Source: a virus
Taxonomy: Duplodnaviria; Caudoviricetes
Virus record (IMG/VR): IMGVR_UViG_3300032216_001099
Span: 1 to 43,825 of that record
Reading direction: 5' to 3' (one strand)
DNA length: 43,825 bases
How positions within the stretch are numbered: position 1 is the first letter of the stretch; the number at the start of each line of letters is the position of its first letter. The notes under the pieces were generated by a model. The model had not been told where the DNA came from and did not search any database. It saw only the letters and a program-made list of their open reading frames with translations. The position numbers were made by a program, and so were the translations under genes. This document shows, one piece after another, positions 42,640 through 43,825 of this stretch.

Positions 42640-42684
42640 GCGGCTAACCCCTAAGAATTTTGTCAGATTAGACCAGAAGTTAGA

Positions 42685-43824
42685 TCACGCCGCCATATGT
42701 GATCCGCCGCCGGGGGTCATAAACTGAGACAGCTTGTCTTTCCAGCTCGGTGGCGGTTTTGGCTGCGGCAATTTCTTTGGGCTCTTGCCGACGGCCAAAT
42801 TCACCGCCCACGCCAGCGCGTCAACGATGTCGTCGTGAACGCCGGCCGGAAATCTAAGCAGTTCTGTATGGACGTCTCTCATCCAGCTGGCTTCGGTCGG
42901 GAAATACACCCGCCCCTGCTGCATCCGTCCTTGAAGACTTCGGGCGCGGGCAAGTTTGTCGGTTAGCGGGCGCATCACTTCGTACGGAGGATAGATCGAG
43001 CGCTCCGCCATCCGTTTCTCAAGCAACGGCTTGATGGCTTTCCAGATCTGGCTGTCTTCCACTCCCAACGTAAGCGGAGCAGTCGGTTCTGATCCCCAAC
43101 GCTGCGCTGCGTCAAGGATCTCTTCCACAATCGTGAAACTATCCCCTTTGAAGCGCACAAGCTCTACCATATGGAGGAAGTCGTTTTCGTCCTGTACCAA
43201 CGTCACGCCAACGGTGTAATCGTTCTGCTGCCGTTCGCCAATAGCAAAGTCCCACGCCTGATATACATTCCGATTGAACGCTGCCGGCGCTACCGGCTCG
43301 TACCGGAAATACTCTTTCCGGAAATACGCCCCTTCGTCCGGCACGGGGTTCTGCTGATACAACGCTGACCAGATGCGCGGCGGCTGGTTGGCCCGCATCG
43401 ACGTCATCATCTTCTCGTTGTACCGCTCTGGATGAAGCGCTTCGCCCGGCATCCGCAGCAAGTCGTATGTGTCGTTAATGGTCGACGGCACAGATTTAGA
43501 CTCTGCTCGTTGCGGTAAGCGCAAGCCTGTATGGTTCTCATCGAGCGGCTTGTCATACCGCTCGATGAGATCCGTTTCCTTGTTCCGGTATTCCCATTGC
43601 TCAGCAAGCGCCGGGTATTTAATGATCACAAACTGGTCTGCGTCGTCTTCCGTCCGCATCTTCTGCTGAAGGCGTCCGGCCAAATCGTCGTCGTGCCACC
43701 ACGTCTGAATAATCAGCACCCCGCCGCCGGGGGCAAGTCGACTGTACGCCGTAGACCAATACCAATCCCACAAACCATCGCGAACAACAATCGAGTCCGC
43801 TTCTTCTTGGTTTTTAATTGGATC
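42685..43824 (-). CDS. terL: terminase large subunit (5' partial)
   Basis: The frame stays open to the window edge (DPIKNQEEADS, just after Walker B). QTWWHDDDL, ALYQQNP, AWDFA and HDDIVDALAW nuclease motifs. Confidence 0.95.
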   Translation of the reverse strand, partial: DPIKNQEEADSIVVRDGLWDWYWSTAYSRLAPGGGVLIIQTWWHDDDLAGRLQQKMRTEDDADQFVIIKYPALAEQWEYRNKETDLIERYDKPLDENHTGLRLPQRAESKSVPSTINDTYDLLRMPGEALHPERYNEKMMTSMRANQPPRIWSALYQQNPVPDEGAYFRKEYFRYEPVAPAAFNRNVYQAWDFAIGERQQNDYTVGVTLVQDENDFLHMVELVRFKGDSFTIVEEILDAAQRWGSEPTAPLTLGVEDSQIWKAIKPLLEKRMAERSIYPPYEVMRPLTDKLARARSLQGRMQQGRVYFPTEASWMRDVHTELLRFPAGVHDDIVDALAWAVNLAVGKSPKKLPQPKPPPSWKDKLSQFMTPGGGSHMAA

Positions 43825-43825
43825 G

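Overview
This window is the virion morphogenesis arm of a tailed dsDNA phage (Caudoviricetes). It is most likely podovirus-like, because no tail tube, sheath or classical tape-measure gene is recognisable. Almost everything is on the minus strand. Read right to left: terminase large subunit (cut by the window edge), ferritin/Dps-like protein, a 260-aa unknown, P22-like portal, scaffold, N4-gp56-type major capsid, decoration protein, head-tail adaptor, three fibre/appendage-like gene blocks with a lysis cassette and an HNH gene inserted among them, two tandem paralogous coiled-coil proteins, a 942-aa low-complexity protein and a ~2980-aa polyvalent-type giant protein with two HExxH motifs. Five small plus-strand genes at the left end converge on this operon. 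The most notable observations are: (i) a 60-bp mosaic repeat scaffold enclosing two paralogous domains in a 1000-aa fibre, (ii) the multi-domain giant protein, (iii) a terminator-promoter-multi-hairpin leader in front of the capsid gene, and (iv) a TCTAA motif recurring in intergenic spacers. Family assignments come from motif recognition, not database searches. No tRNA, rRNA, CRISPR array, integrase or reverse transcriptase was seen.
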